A stretch of 63,792 nt of DNA, counting the filler, from Diploschistes diacapsis (Eukaryota): NCBI GenBank assembly GCA_023645945.1. It is 16 parts of 16 records of this genome, joined end to end, with 100 filler letters (N's around TTAATTAATTAA, not from the genome) between each part and the next. Parts side by side here need not be neighbours in the genome. Positions count along the whole stretch, not along the records: positions 38,178 to 40,657 come from JALAIB010002187.1; positions 40,758 to 43,232 come from JALAIB010002188.1; positions 43,333 to 45,807 come from JALAIB010002189.1; positions 45,908 to 48,382 come from JALAIB010002190.1; positions 48,483 to 50,955 come from JALAIB010002191.1; positions 51,056 to 53,524 come from JALAIB010002192.1; 10 more parts are not named here. One strand, 5' to 3'. The position numbers and the translations under genes were made by a program. The notes beneath the pieces are model-generated. The model searched no databases. It was given only the letters and a program-made list of their open reading frames with translations, and had not been told where the DNA came from. The number at the start of each line of letters is the position of its first letter. Position 1 is the first letter of the stretch. Positions 40,189-52,193 of this stretch are shown in pieces.

Positions 40189-40657
40189 AACTGAGTGAAG
40201 ACCCTCTGCACCTGTGCTGCTTTCTCAGCCAGCAAATTCAGCCTTGCTTGTTTCTCCAATCACACCTGTGGCTTTTGTACTGCATTTCGCTCTGCTGTCA
40301 TTCAGCATTGGTGCACAGCACCTGAGTCCAGAACTGAGTGAAGACCCTCTTCACCTGTGCTGCTTTCTCAGCCAGCAAATTCAGCCTTGCTCGTTTCTCC
40401 AATCACACCTGTGGCTTTTGTACTGCATTTCGCTCTGCTGTCATTCAGCATTGGTGCACAACACCTGAGTCCAGAACTGAGTGTAGAGCCTCTGCACCTT
40501 TGCTGCATTCTGAGCCAGCAATTTCAGCCTTGCTACAAACCCTGAGTGAAGACCCTCTGCACCTGTGCTGCTTTCTCAGCCAGCAATTTCAGCCTTGCTC
40601 GTAACTCCAATCACACCTGTGGCTTTTGTACTGCATTTCGCTCTGCTGTCATTCATC
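40189..40657. repeat. 143-bp tandem repeat (two full copies plus partial copies, running into the gap)
   Basis: Units start at 40189, 40332, 40475 (short) and ~40541. Confidence 0.92.
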
Positions 40658-40757
40658 NNNNNNNNNNNNNNNNNNNNNNNNNNNNNNNNNNNNNNNNNNN
40701 NTTAATTAATTAANNNNNNNNNNNNNNNNNNNNNNNNNNNNNNNNNNNNNNNNNNNN

Positions 40758-40960
40758 TATCGAAGGTCCCTCGAGCGATATTTTAACTGCCTTATCGTTT
40801 ATTATAATAAACGCGACCGTTGAGCCGGTAACGACTTCTACTCGCCGTTCACGAGAATGAACGCGATTAATAAGCGAGTCACGTGATCGACGTTATTATA
40901 ATTAAATTATATACAATAAGTGGCTGGGACGTGACGAGGTAAGAACCTCGGATTGTAACA
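40758..40960 (-). mobile_element. Partial LTR related to Gypsy family A
   Basis: TCACGTGA..TATATACA..GGCTGGGACGTG..GGATTGTAACA terminus. Confidence 0.65.
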
Positions 40961-41485
40961 CTGGATTCCTTTTAAAACCCAGGGAAGGTTTTACGGCAAA
41001 TACTAGTAACTTATATAAAGGATATTAAGGTAACCCAGCTTCAGCTAGCAAATGCAATGGAATTCAATTAAATGCTATTCAATTAAACAATAGACTTAAA
41101 TCATAGTTTAAATATTTAATATTAACCCTAATCGCAAAATCTAAAACAACGTATATGCTTGTTAAATATTTTAAATAAATATTTTTGTTATAAATCTTAC
41201 ATAACATAATTTAAAAGATTAATTATAAAATAATTTTAATCACGTAATCCAACCATAGTTAGAGTTGTACAGGTTTTTAAGAAAAAATCATTAGCACACG
41301 GGTCAACATTACTTTAAAATCTTAAACTTATCTTTAAGTATATTGCATTTCAATCTATAAATATCATATTATATGACCCGCACGCAATCGTAACTATCTT
41401 GTTCTTGTTTCATTATGTTGAGCAGTAGGACGCCATGTTAACTATACATCCTTCCATACACACTGTATCCCCCTTGTTGATCCTC

Positions 41486-42767
41486 TTATCCATTGGTGGC
41501 AGCATTGCGCTCTGCGGTCGTCTTCAAATCCAGACCTGAATCTTTCATCTGGCCCTCCTGCGACTCAGCGAGTAGTTTCCGGCTTCCATCCTTAAGCTGC
41601 CAGGTATTTGTATGTACACCTGTGCGGACTAGTTGCGCAACAAGCTCTAGCGTCTGCTTCAGATACGCCTCAGGCTGCTTGAGCCTCTCTTTGAGAGAGT
41701 TCAAAGACCAAAACTGGTACTCTTTGAAGCAGACCACAATCATATCCATCAATTCATTTTGAGGAATCCTGCTTGTCTTGTTCTCCTGGTTTTTGAACTT
41801 CATGGGCGCGGTTGTTTTCTATGAAGTTTAGAAGGCAAAGTTGTTCTGAACCGCGTATTGACTTACGATAAAATTGCTCAAGCTTCCTGTGGAAGGAGAT
41901 ATAGCAGGATCGAAAACATTATTTGCTGAGGACGTTCCATGTCCCGAAATTAAAAGTGTTTCCCGCAACGGTTTTGATTCTTTAATATTTCTCTCGCCCA
42001 TGACTTGCCGAAAATCGTCATTTTCCACAGGAAGGCAGCAGACTTCAGTCTTGACTTTGCCCGCAAGAGCTGTTTTCTCTATGGAAACGAGATAAGCATA
42101 ATTGGTGCAAGGCGAAATCATGGATGTCAGATGCTTACTTGGGATGGCCTTTCGGTACAGCTTCTTCGCTCTATCAGTCTTTAGGATCCCCGCTCGTGCC
42201 CGATCCTGTAGCGGACCCCTAGGTTGCGCCTGAGAGAAGGGTAAGGTGGAATTATCTTGAGCGGGTTTGGAGAAAGTCCTCAACCGACTGCTGTAACCCG
42301 GTAGATCTTTCTCTGTGAACACAAAGGTATTGGCAGAGGATTTATTCGTGACCTGTAGGTTGTATTCTTTGGGAACACATTGTGTAAGGGTATTGTTGCA
42401 GGATAGCATGAGGCTCATCTACCAAGCCATTGATCAGCGGAAAGAAAAGACAACTCGTCAGCAAACTTGCCGCTTCAGGACTCTCTAGAGAACCCTCCAC
42501 GCGAATGGTTCCAATTTTTACATCCTGCTCATCATCCGAATCTGACCAAGTCTTCCATAGATATTGGGGTAGTCTGGCCAGGAAAATGTTTGAGGAATAA
42601 TTTGTAAAGTCAAGGTCTCCAGCATCTTCATACAGATCCTCGTCCATCTGCTCGCCAAGTGAGCCAGGGACAATATCTAAATTACTCTGGTTCAATGAAG
42701 TTGTGCGAGACTGAAGACCATCATCTTCCATTTCCATGATAGACTGCCCAGCTTTAACTATTGTCAT
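41486..42767 (-). CDS. TFG2: TFIIF beta subunit (multi-exon; first intron GC-AG)
   Basis: EDLYEDAGDLDF, IFLARLPQYLWKTW, VPKEYNL, NTFVFTEKDLPGY, RIPQNELMD..FKEYQFWSL..LKQPEAYLKQTL. Confidence 0.93.
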
Positions 42768-42922
42768 GACTGAGCAAATCCAAAATATCCTTGATAGCGT
42801 TTGTGTGATATTTCATTGTTGACAGATAATATACACAAGGAACTCTGAGACGATATAAAGCATGATTTTGCTATGGATATAACCTGTTAAGTCCGAAAGG
42901 CTTAGTAGTAGATTTTTAATTA

Positions 42923-43232
42923 ACGTGTTTGACGGGGATTCCGGCCACCCCCAGATTCCGGCCACTTTTGCCAAGAAATATTTTAAATCTTCAATAATTC
43001 TTCGAAATTAATCGTTATTTATTTTTTTTCAAAATATTACTTTTTAATCAATTATCTATTATATGTAGAAAGTGCACATTGATTACGTCATCAGTTAACT
43101 TTTTTAAGCGAATTAAGAATGAAGACTCGAAAAAACGGATTTTTGAATCTTTTAAAATCTGCTGTAACCAAGCAAAAAATATTTGTTTTTGAATAGATCA
43201 TTACGAGTGGTTTTATGCGTAAAGTTTAATAA
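42923..43232 (+). mobile_element. Left end of a pogo/Fot1-like element, ~155 bp upstream of the TFG2 ATG
   Basis: TA|ACGTGTTTGACGGGGATTCCGGCCAC with a duplicated ATTCCGGCCAC; closely similar to 50478 onward. Confidence 0.8.
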
Positions 43233-43332
43233 NNNNNNNNNNNNNNNNNNNNNNNNNNNNNNNNNNNNNNNNNNNNTTAATTAATTAANNNNNNNNNNNN
43301 NNNNNNNNNNNNNNNNNNNNNNNNNNNNNNNN

Positions 43333-43595
43333 AGGATAGGGAGACGGCTTCTGCTTCCGTCGGAAGGGGCAGGGAGCATGGCGCGTCCTGGGGCTGCGGT
43401 GGGGTGGAAGGGAAGCAGGGGAAAGAGGGCGAAGCTCCTCCGCTGACGCGGGTGATGGCTATCGGGCCCACGACGAGCCGGTTTCTGGTGGAGGAGTTTG
43501 GCTTCGAGGTTGATGCGCAGGCCGAGAAGCCGAGCGCGGAAGGCGTGAGGGATGGGATAATAGCTTTAAAGGGTAGGAGAAGGGGGGTAGGTTGA
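43333..43595 (+). CDS. HEM4: Uroporphyrinogen-III synthase C-terminus, partial
   Basis: VMAIGPTTSRFLVEEFGFEVDAQAEKPSAEGV (HemD/UROS C-terminal motif). Confidence 0.8.
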
Positions 43596-43866
43596 GATCG
43601 GGACGCTGAAAAAATGGCACGCCCGGTGAGATTTTTGCTACTAATTATCGTTTGATCTAGCTTCAATAAAAACATCATTCAAATCAGGCACGTCGCCTAA
43701 GAATTTTGAAAATCCTTCCGTTGTCCGAGGTACGCCCGACTGCACTCACGCGCAAAGCCCCTCGATCCAATATTTGTTCCATCTTGCATCCAGTTGCTCC
43801 TATTCTTCCGTGGCTGATTTGTGTTCTCTGGTAAAGACAAGGGAACTGCTTCAGAACAGCGCTCGT

Positions 43867-45078
<1,212 letters not shown>

Positions 45079-46099
45079 GGTTGAACGAGTAAAACTGATG
45101 AGCTCTTAGTATGCAAGTAGAGAATCAACGCCTTTGGTGGTATGCAGCGCAATAGGTAATATCAGATCCGAGCTTGAAGATTGTTCCTTGCGGGTTTCCC
45201 TTGACCTTAAGACGGAGTCAAATGGGGACTGTCAGACTGTGAAATGCCGCAACGTCAATCTAGTATTGCAAATTTTGCAATTCCGGTATCGGCCAAGAAT
45301 ATAAGTATGTGATCGCTTGTGCTCGCTGGTCGTGTTGAGAAGAAGTCTCGGAGATGATGTGGGCTCGAGAGGGGTAGATGCGAGAGAATGGAGTGGCCAA
45401 TAGACTATTAAAGTCCTTGTTCGAGTAGAAGAAATTAGACAGATCGTCGTTCCTGTACTTGCGAAGTCAGCATCCTGTTTCGGCACCAGGTGCGAGATGC
45501 TCAGCTTGCATAGCCCTCAATGGTCTAAAAATGGACAGGATATCAGGAACGTGTACCTGCGTCTTACCCTAGTCCATGGGTACGCAAGCGGCATCTCTGC
45601 GAGGAACTTCATCGCTGGACTTACCTAGGTATTGAATGGCCGTATCCTTGAGGATGACTCTGGACCAGCGAGTCGGCAGTGTAATCGAAGAGGCGATGCT
45701 TGATCAAAAGCTCTGTGAAGAGATGAGCGGTGACCTTTTTGTTCGTGAAGGGAAGAGGTGATGGTGGGGAGGGGGGAAAGGAAGCAGTGGGCGGCATTAC
45801 CTAGCGCNNNNNNNNNNNNNNNNNNNNNNNNNNNNNNNNNNNNNNNNNNNNTTAATTAATTAANNNNNNNNNNNNNNNNNNNNNNNNNNNNNNNNNNNNN
45901 NNNNNNNATTTATAATAAATTTTTAAGGATTATAATAATTATAAATGTTTTAAAAGATTAAAACGAATAGTATTTAATAACATAAAAAAAGATATAGATT
46001 CCTACGGAAAAAATATAAGATTATATACGATAACATTATGATTTACCGAAATATGGATATAAAAATATTACGAATATTATTAAAACTATTTAACGAAAC

Positions 46100-46462
46100 T
46101 TTTGGGCAACGCATGTATTGAAGTCTAGATATCTAGAGATCTAACTAGAAGGAATAGTCTACATGTAAATTCTTATACCAATAGGATCCATTAAGCCCTA
46201 TAGACTTGCACTACTCCCGATTAGGATTAGCAAGAATCCCAGTAGGTTCAACCGAACTGAACCTGAACCTGAGGTTCAGTTAAACTTCCCAGCCATGTAT
46301 TCTACCTGCCTGCTTAATACTCCTCCACGGGCGGAACTATCGGCATGTTCATCTGATCCAGCTAGATGCCTTCTATATTAGTTTAAGTTCTTTAACGAAC
46401 ATGTCGTGTTTGACGTAATTTAATAATTTCGTTAATCCGTCGGTAATTATTTTGTTTATAAG
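46100..46462 (-). mobile_element. Copia 3' end (RNase H tail, PPT, LTR 46100-46319) interrupted by a Gypsy element
   Basis: ITDGLTK..KHDMFVKEL, then PPT GGAGGAG and TATTAAGCAGG (RIP form of TGTTGAGCAGG). Confidence 0.8.
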
Positions 46463-48382
46463 TGTTATGATCTCTATCTATACAAGGTATACACGAGTAG
46501 GATCAAGGTGGGTTTGGTCTCTGTTAGAAGAGGAGTGTGGTAGGAGAAGAAGATAGAGCAGTTATAGGTCTTAGACTGTCTTTAGAAAAAAAGTTTTCTA
46601 ATAATAGAAATAACGAATATAGATTGATCCCGAATAATAATTAAGGATATTTATAAAAATAAACACGCCTTAAACTTATGGAAGTTATGACGACGTTTTT
46701 ATATAAATCCCGTATTATTAGGTATTAGATGCCAGCCGGTTAGCGTTGCTTATCTAATAATCGCTAGATACTAGACGCTAGATAGCTGTTAGTTATCGTC
46801 TGTTAATTACGTGACCCGCGCTACCGCGATTAGTTTATATATAAAGAAGCTGGGACGTGTCAAGTAAATTATTCCGTAGTTACTTGGATCGTAATATTAT
46901 CCCTTTTTTTTAGCATTATCGGCCCGATGATTCGCCGAAGGGTCAAATATAAATATTAAATAAAAGAGAATCCCAAGTCGTGGAACAACGATGTCTTTTT
47001 TAACTCTTCGTAACCACCGTCTAGCCGACCATATCTGCCGATTTGGATTTCTTGATTCTTTTTTTTATCAAGATTGTTTTCGATTGGGTAAGGATTGTTA
47101 TAAAATATCTTTAAAATCCATCAAGTGCGTAGAATGTGTTAAGATTAATAAGAAGTATGTTAACGTTTCTTGGGATTTTATCGATCGTTTTCATTTAAAT
47201 ATACTTCGTTAGTTATAAGAAGAAGAAGAACGCGGCGAACGCTTACTTTCATAAATAATAGAAAGTTAAGTAAAGCGTCGTCGTCTTCGAAAAACTTTAG
47301 AACGCATTTAGAAACGAACGGAGGATAAGATATTCTATATATCGGAAGAAATTGTAAAAGAGGACGTTACTCGCGAAGCCGCCGGTGACTTATCGGAGGG
47401 CGAACGGCTGGACGTTGTTTCTAATGTTGCTTTCGAGGAGTCTCTTCGGTAATTTGCCTTAATATTTTCTTTTGAGATAAACTGGGAATTAGGAGATGAT
47501 GCGCTGCCGCTGGCGTAAAAGGAAGCCAACGTTTTGTCGAGTTAGTTCGTAAGTTCTGCCCGATTCTTTTTAAATTCCTTTAATTTATTTCCGTAGTTAT
47601 TTAGGTTTTCTAGTAATTTTCACGTATTTTGGTTCTCCGGGTATCCTTTTTATTTAACTAGGAACCCCCCGGGGCCACTATGTAGAATCTTCTTAACTTC
47701 GTATTCGTTTTTATTGTTAGGTTCGAAGTAAAAGGTTTCTTGTAATAGTATGTCTGGATATATTAATTCAAGATATTAGAAATAAAACATTAGGTAGATT
47801 TTAACGTCCTTTAATAACTTAAATCGATAATTAACTCGTTTAGTTTCGTTCGGTATGACGAGTTATTTATCGATAAAGAAGGGTCCGATTTTGACGTGAT
47901 CTAGTTTCTTAAAGGGTTTACGTGTCTTAAAATTATCCGTATATAAATAAACCTTATTTTCTTTTTTTAGTTAAGGATTCTTTCTTGAGATTCTAAGTCT
48001 CCTAATATTATTCAGTATCTCGTTATTAAATAATTATATATTTTAAATTTTTTTAACTTCTTTATATTTATTATTAAAGTAGTATTCGGCGTTTAATAAC
48101 AATTCAATCTAATTATTTATATTCTAATTAACGTAATACCGTAAGTACTATTCGAAAATCTAATTCATTTTTTTTATCTAACCGTTTGTTTATAGGTAAT
48201 AAACGTTTAAATACTTCAGCTTCGTGCCGAACGCTTTTATCATAGTTTTCTAATATCCTGAGATAAAGAGCTTGTTTTTATCGCTAATGATTTCTTTTAG
48301 ATATTTATGAATTTTTACAACTCGATCTATCTATATATAATGTAACTGTTTTACGTTGTAATTTTCTTTGAAAGATATATAA
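46463..48382 (-). mobile_element. RIP-degraded chromovirus (Gypsy family A): integrase, chromodomain, antisense ORF, PPT, 3' LTR 46463-46896
   Basis: Chromodomain YEVKKILHSGPGGFLVK*KGYPENQNT*K.LENL at ~47575-47705; PPT AAAAAAAAGGGATAA abuts the LTR. Confidence 0.88.
46991..47546 (+). pseudogene. Antisense ORF of the Gypsy element: Zn2Cys6-like cluster + coiled coil, RIP-damaged
   Basis: (Y)QDC-FRLGKD-C-YKISLKSIK-CVEC-VKINKK-(Y), with both Y as TAT (RIP of TGT); then an E/R-rich helix. Confidence 0.7.
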
Positions 48383-48482
48383 NNNNNNNNNNNNNNNNNN
48401 NNNNNNNNNNNNNNNNNNNNNNNNNNTTAATTAATTAANNNNNNNNNNNNNNNNNNNNNNNNNNNNNNNNNNNNNNNNNNNN

Positions 48483-50131
48483 CGTTACTATTACGAGAGA
48501 CAAAAGCCTTAATCTTTTTTATTACTCTTCTATATCTCGGCGTAATAATTGTTTATTAAATAATTATATTCCGGCGTTCAGTTTAGGTTAAAAGGCGAAT
48601 ATAGATGCATCTTTTTGCGTAAATGTTCACGCCGTTATTAAATATATCGCTAAAGATGCTAGCAAAGCTAAAAAGAAGTTTAAAGCCTATTTTAAACTTT
48701 TAAAAGACGTTATCAACGGGGGCCGGCTAAATTAACTGAATCTTTTACTTTCGGCTGCATCGAAGCTGCTGAATGGTTTACTTATCGAAAGAGATTGGTC
48801 GATATAAGAGGTTTCTTATATTCTTTTAGATCTGAAGCTGGTGCAGTGCTCACGTTAATTCATTTATCTAAATATAAGATTTCTTAAACTTGCCACTTTT
48901 AATATAGAAATTCAGGAAAATTTAATAAAAAAGAAAGGATCTTCTTTAATAAAGAAATATAATAAACGTTATATTTAACGTTATCGTCGAAACGAAGATC
49001 TCGTTTAATTTAATCTATAAGATTTCTGTAACAGCGGGGGTATTGCCTAATAGGTAGCGTTATCCCACTGAGCCAAAAGACTAACCACAATGCTTTCAGT
49101 AACCCCGAAAGCACTGTTTCCCTATTACACTATATGTAGGTGCGCAGCTGTGACAGCGGGGGACCCTGTACCCCGTGCAACCATTCACGGGTGTTACAGC
49201 TATCTCTTTTTTTATAGTGCTGGCCTCTAGTACCTATCACGTCTCATATAACGTTTCGGGTATGTTAAATACTCTCAACCGTTTTTAATCTTTACGTTAT
49301 AGATTTAGAGGCGCAGATTGGTTAACCGTATATAAAGCGATTATGGCTTATTTATATATAATGAGCCCCGTAGAACCGTCCGATCCGTAACGTAATAAAT
49401 TCGGTATACGCGATGTTTAGCCTCGTGCTCGAACCAACGATTTAAGGATTAAAAGTATAACTGTAACAGCGGGGGTAATGCCTAATAAGTAACGCTATCT
49501 TATTAAGCTAAAAGATTAACTATAATGCTTTTAGGAACCCCGAAAGCACTATTTCCCTATTACACTATATATTGGTGCGCAGCTGTGGCAGCGGGGGACC
49601 CTGTACCCCGTGCGCCCACTCACGGGTTTTACAATTTCGCTCGATCGTTCGTTTAACGAAATAAAAAGATTGTAAAAATTACACGTTTAATTGAACGTAT
49701 CGTCAGTATATTTTCGTTATATAACTCTAACTTTATTAACGATAATTATAAAAAATTTTATCGATCTAAATTTATGCTTCACCATCTTTTTTAACAAAGT
49801 CCTAAAGAATTAATAGTAACTAAATGTAAAACTGAACTTCCGAGTTACGAATACGCGTATCGTTAATATATTGCGCATTTTCGTCATTCGAGAAATCCAC
49901 TGGACCTATTTAATAATGACGATAAAAGAATTAAAGATAACTTCAAAAAAACGGATATCCAATTTAATCCAGAAATTCAACCGGATTTTATCGATCTCAT
50001 TAATCGAACGAGACGTAATAATAACGACCTCGACGATAAAATTACAGATCTAGATACCCGGCCTAAAGATATAATGTATAATTAATATAAAAATTAATTA
50101 TTATTATAATAAATATTTAAAAACCGTTAAT
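48483..50131 (+). mobile_element. RIP-degraded Helitron Rep/helicase fragment hosting the TRIM and a solo LTR
   Basis: RNN.LLNNYIP..LG*KANID..C..AVIKYIAK.ASKA..ERDWS.*EV..ILL..L..CSR; after the TRIM YKKFYRSKFMLHH. Confidence 0.75.
49027..49633 (-). mobile_element. Complete 607-bp TRIM-like element, copy 2 (LTRs 49027-49198 and 49462-49633)
   Basis: TG..CA LTRs; exact 5-bp TSD ATTTC (49022-49026 and 49634-49638); PPT AAAAAAAGAGATAGC on the minus strand. Confidence 0.95.
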
Positions 50132-50322
50132 TGTTGAGCAGGCAGGCAGAATGCATGGCTGGGAAGTTCAGCTGAACCTACTGGTTTTCCTGCTAATCCT
50201 AATCGGGGGTAGTGCAAGTCTGTAGGGCTTAGTGGATCCTATTGGTATAAGAGCTTGCATGTAGATTATTCCTTCTGGTAAGACCTCTAGATATCTAGAC
50301 TCAATACATGCGTTGCCCAAAA
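50132..50322 (+). mobile_element. Copia solo LTR with TTAAT TSD
   Basis: TGTTGAGCAGG...GTTGCCCAAAA flanked by TTAAT on both sides; matches the LTR at 46100-46319. Confidence 0.85.
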
Positions 50323-50477
50323 TTAATTTTAATAAAGTATTAAAACGGGCTTTACCCAAGATTCAGATTCTGGTTCAGCCTAAACTTCTTTAATCTTTTT
50401 AACGATTAGCTTTCGACGTTATTATCGAACACTTCGGTCGCGTTTTCAACGGCGATACACCTAAACAGCTATTAATA

Positions 50478-50955
50478 ACGTGTTTCACGGGGATTCCGGC
50501 CACCCCCATATTCCGGCCACTTTTGTAAAGAAATAAGTTCAATCTTCCAAAATTCTTCGAAACTAATCGTTATTTTTTTTTCTTTTCACAATAGTACTTT
50601 TGAATCAATTATGTATCATATATAAAAAGTGCACATTGATTGCGTCATCAGTTAATATTTTTAAGCGAATTAAAAATAACGACTCAAAAGGGTGGAATTT
50701 TGAATCTTTTAAAATCTGCTTAAACCAAGCAAAAAGTATTATATTAAAATGATCTATTATGAGCTGCTTTATGCGTAGACTTCATTAAAAGTATAAAAAT
50801 AATATTTCTTCCACGTTATACAGTCGTTGTGTGGCTTTATTCTTCAAAATCCGAAAGATTTTAAATAATTTGGCCATACAATGGCTAGTTTTCGCTTAAT
50901 TTAAATTTTCTAAAATGACTGAAAAATGATAAAAAAGGTCACACAACTACAGTAT
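50478..50955 (+). mobile_element. pogo/Fot1-like element left end (same family as 42923)
   Basis: TA|ACGTGTTTCACGGGGATTCCGGCCAC; colinear with 42923-43232. Confidence 0.8.
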
Positions 50956-51055
50956 NNNNNNNNNNNNNNNNNNNNNNNNNNNNNNNNNNNNNNNNNNNNT
51001 TAATTAATTAANNNNNNNNNNNNNNNNNNNNNNNNNNNNNNNNNNNNNNNNNNNN

Positions 51056-52193
51056 AATTATAGGAATAAAATAAGAGAATATTATAAACTTATTTAATTT
51101 AAAAGGATAGGAGTTTTATTCTTTAAAGATTAATTTAACTGAACCGGCGACATTACGGTTAATTTTAATAATTCTGGATCGAATTCCGAAGGTATATCTT
51201 TTTAAGTGTTCGCGTACGTTTCGGACGACTTTAAATCTAATTTCTCCGTTAAATATCTCGCTTGCGCGTCCGCACGATCTTTCGTTAATTTAAAAATCTT
51301 TCGGTTACGGTGAATGCGACGTTTACGTTAGAAACGACGATCTTTAATTTCACGAAGTTGTTTTTTTAATTTCTTTTCTTGTTTATTATTCTCGTCAATA
51401 AGCTTTTTATTCTTTTCGATCTTATTTCTTTTAGAAAGGATAGTACGTTTAATTATTTCCTATATAATAGAAACATAATCCTTCTTATTAGACTTAATAT
51501 AGCGAATATATTTTATCGAGATAGAAGGCATCTTAATATAGTCGTGAAAGAATAAATAATGGTTATAAAATAATGTATTCAGGAAACCCCGAAGACGAAT
51601 GATAAAACTTAGGCGTTTCTTTTATATCGAAGATAAAGAAGATATCGTTGTTCCACGATTTAAGATTTTTTTTTATTTAGTATTTATATTAATCCTTCGG
51701 TGCTTATCGGGCCGACAAGATTAAAGGAAAGAAATAATATTACGATCTAAAATACTAATCGATAGTATTTAATACGTAACAACTAGTCGGGCATTTCCCA
51801 ACCATTTCTTATATATAGTCCAATTAAGGTAACACGGGTCACGTAATAAATAAAAAGTCTAAAAGACCATTCTACCCGATTATAAATAAAAAAAAAGAAC
51901 GATAATTTTATTTATTTATTCATTTACTTCATTAAAAAAATTATTAGTTATATAAAAACGTCGTTATAATCTTTATAAATCTAAGACGTGTTTACTTTCA
52001 TAAATATTTCTAATTCTTACTCGGGATCAATCTATATTCGTTACTTTTATTCTTAAAGAGCCTTCTTTCTAAAGACAGTCCAAGCCTATAACTACTCTAC
52101 CTTCTTCTCCTGCTTGCACTCCTCTTCTAACAGAAACCAAACCCACCTTGATCAATACCTCGTGTCTACCTTGTAGAGATAGAGATCATAACA
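51056..52193 (+). mobile_element. Gypsy family A 3' end: antisense ORF remnant (minus strand, start ~51645), PPT 51723-51737, LTR 51738-52193
   Basis: LTR homologous to 46463-46896; upstream GTCGGCCCGATAAGCACCGAAGG and TCGTGGAACAACGAT shared with the other copy. Confidence 0.85.

Noticed and set aside
40189..40657. CRISPR-like array
   Set aside because: Units are contiguous 143-bp repeats with no unique spacers; eukaryotic context; no cas genes
49027..49198. Hammerhead ribozyme (retrozyme) or 5S rRNA (Cassandra-like) in the TRIM LTR
   Set aside because: There is a TGCTTTC..GAAAGCA hairpin but no CTGANGA/GAAA core with proper stems; the 5S resemblance is limited to a few short words. An Infernal/Rfam scan of the de-RIPed consensus would settle it
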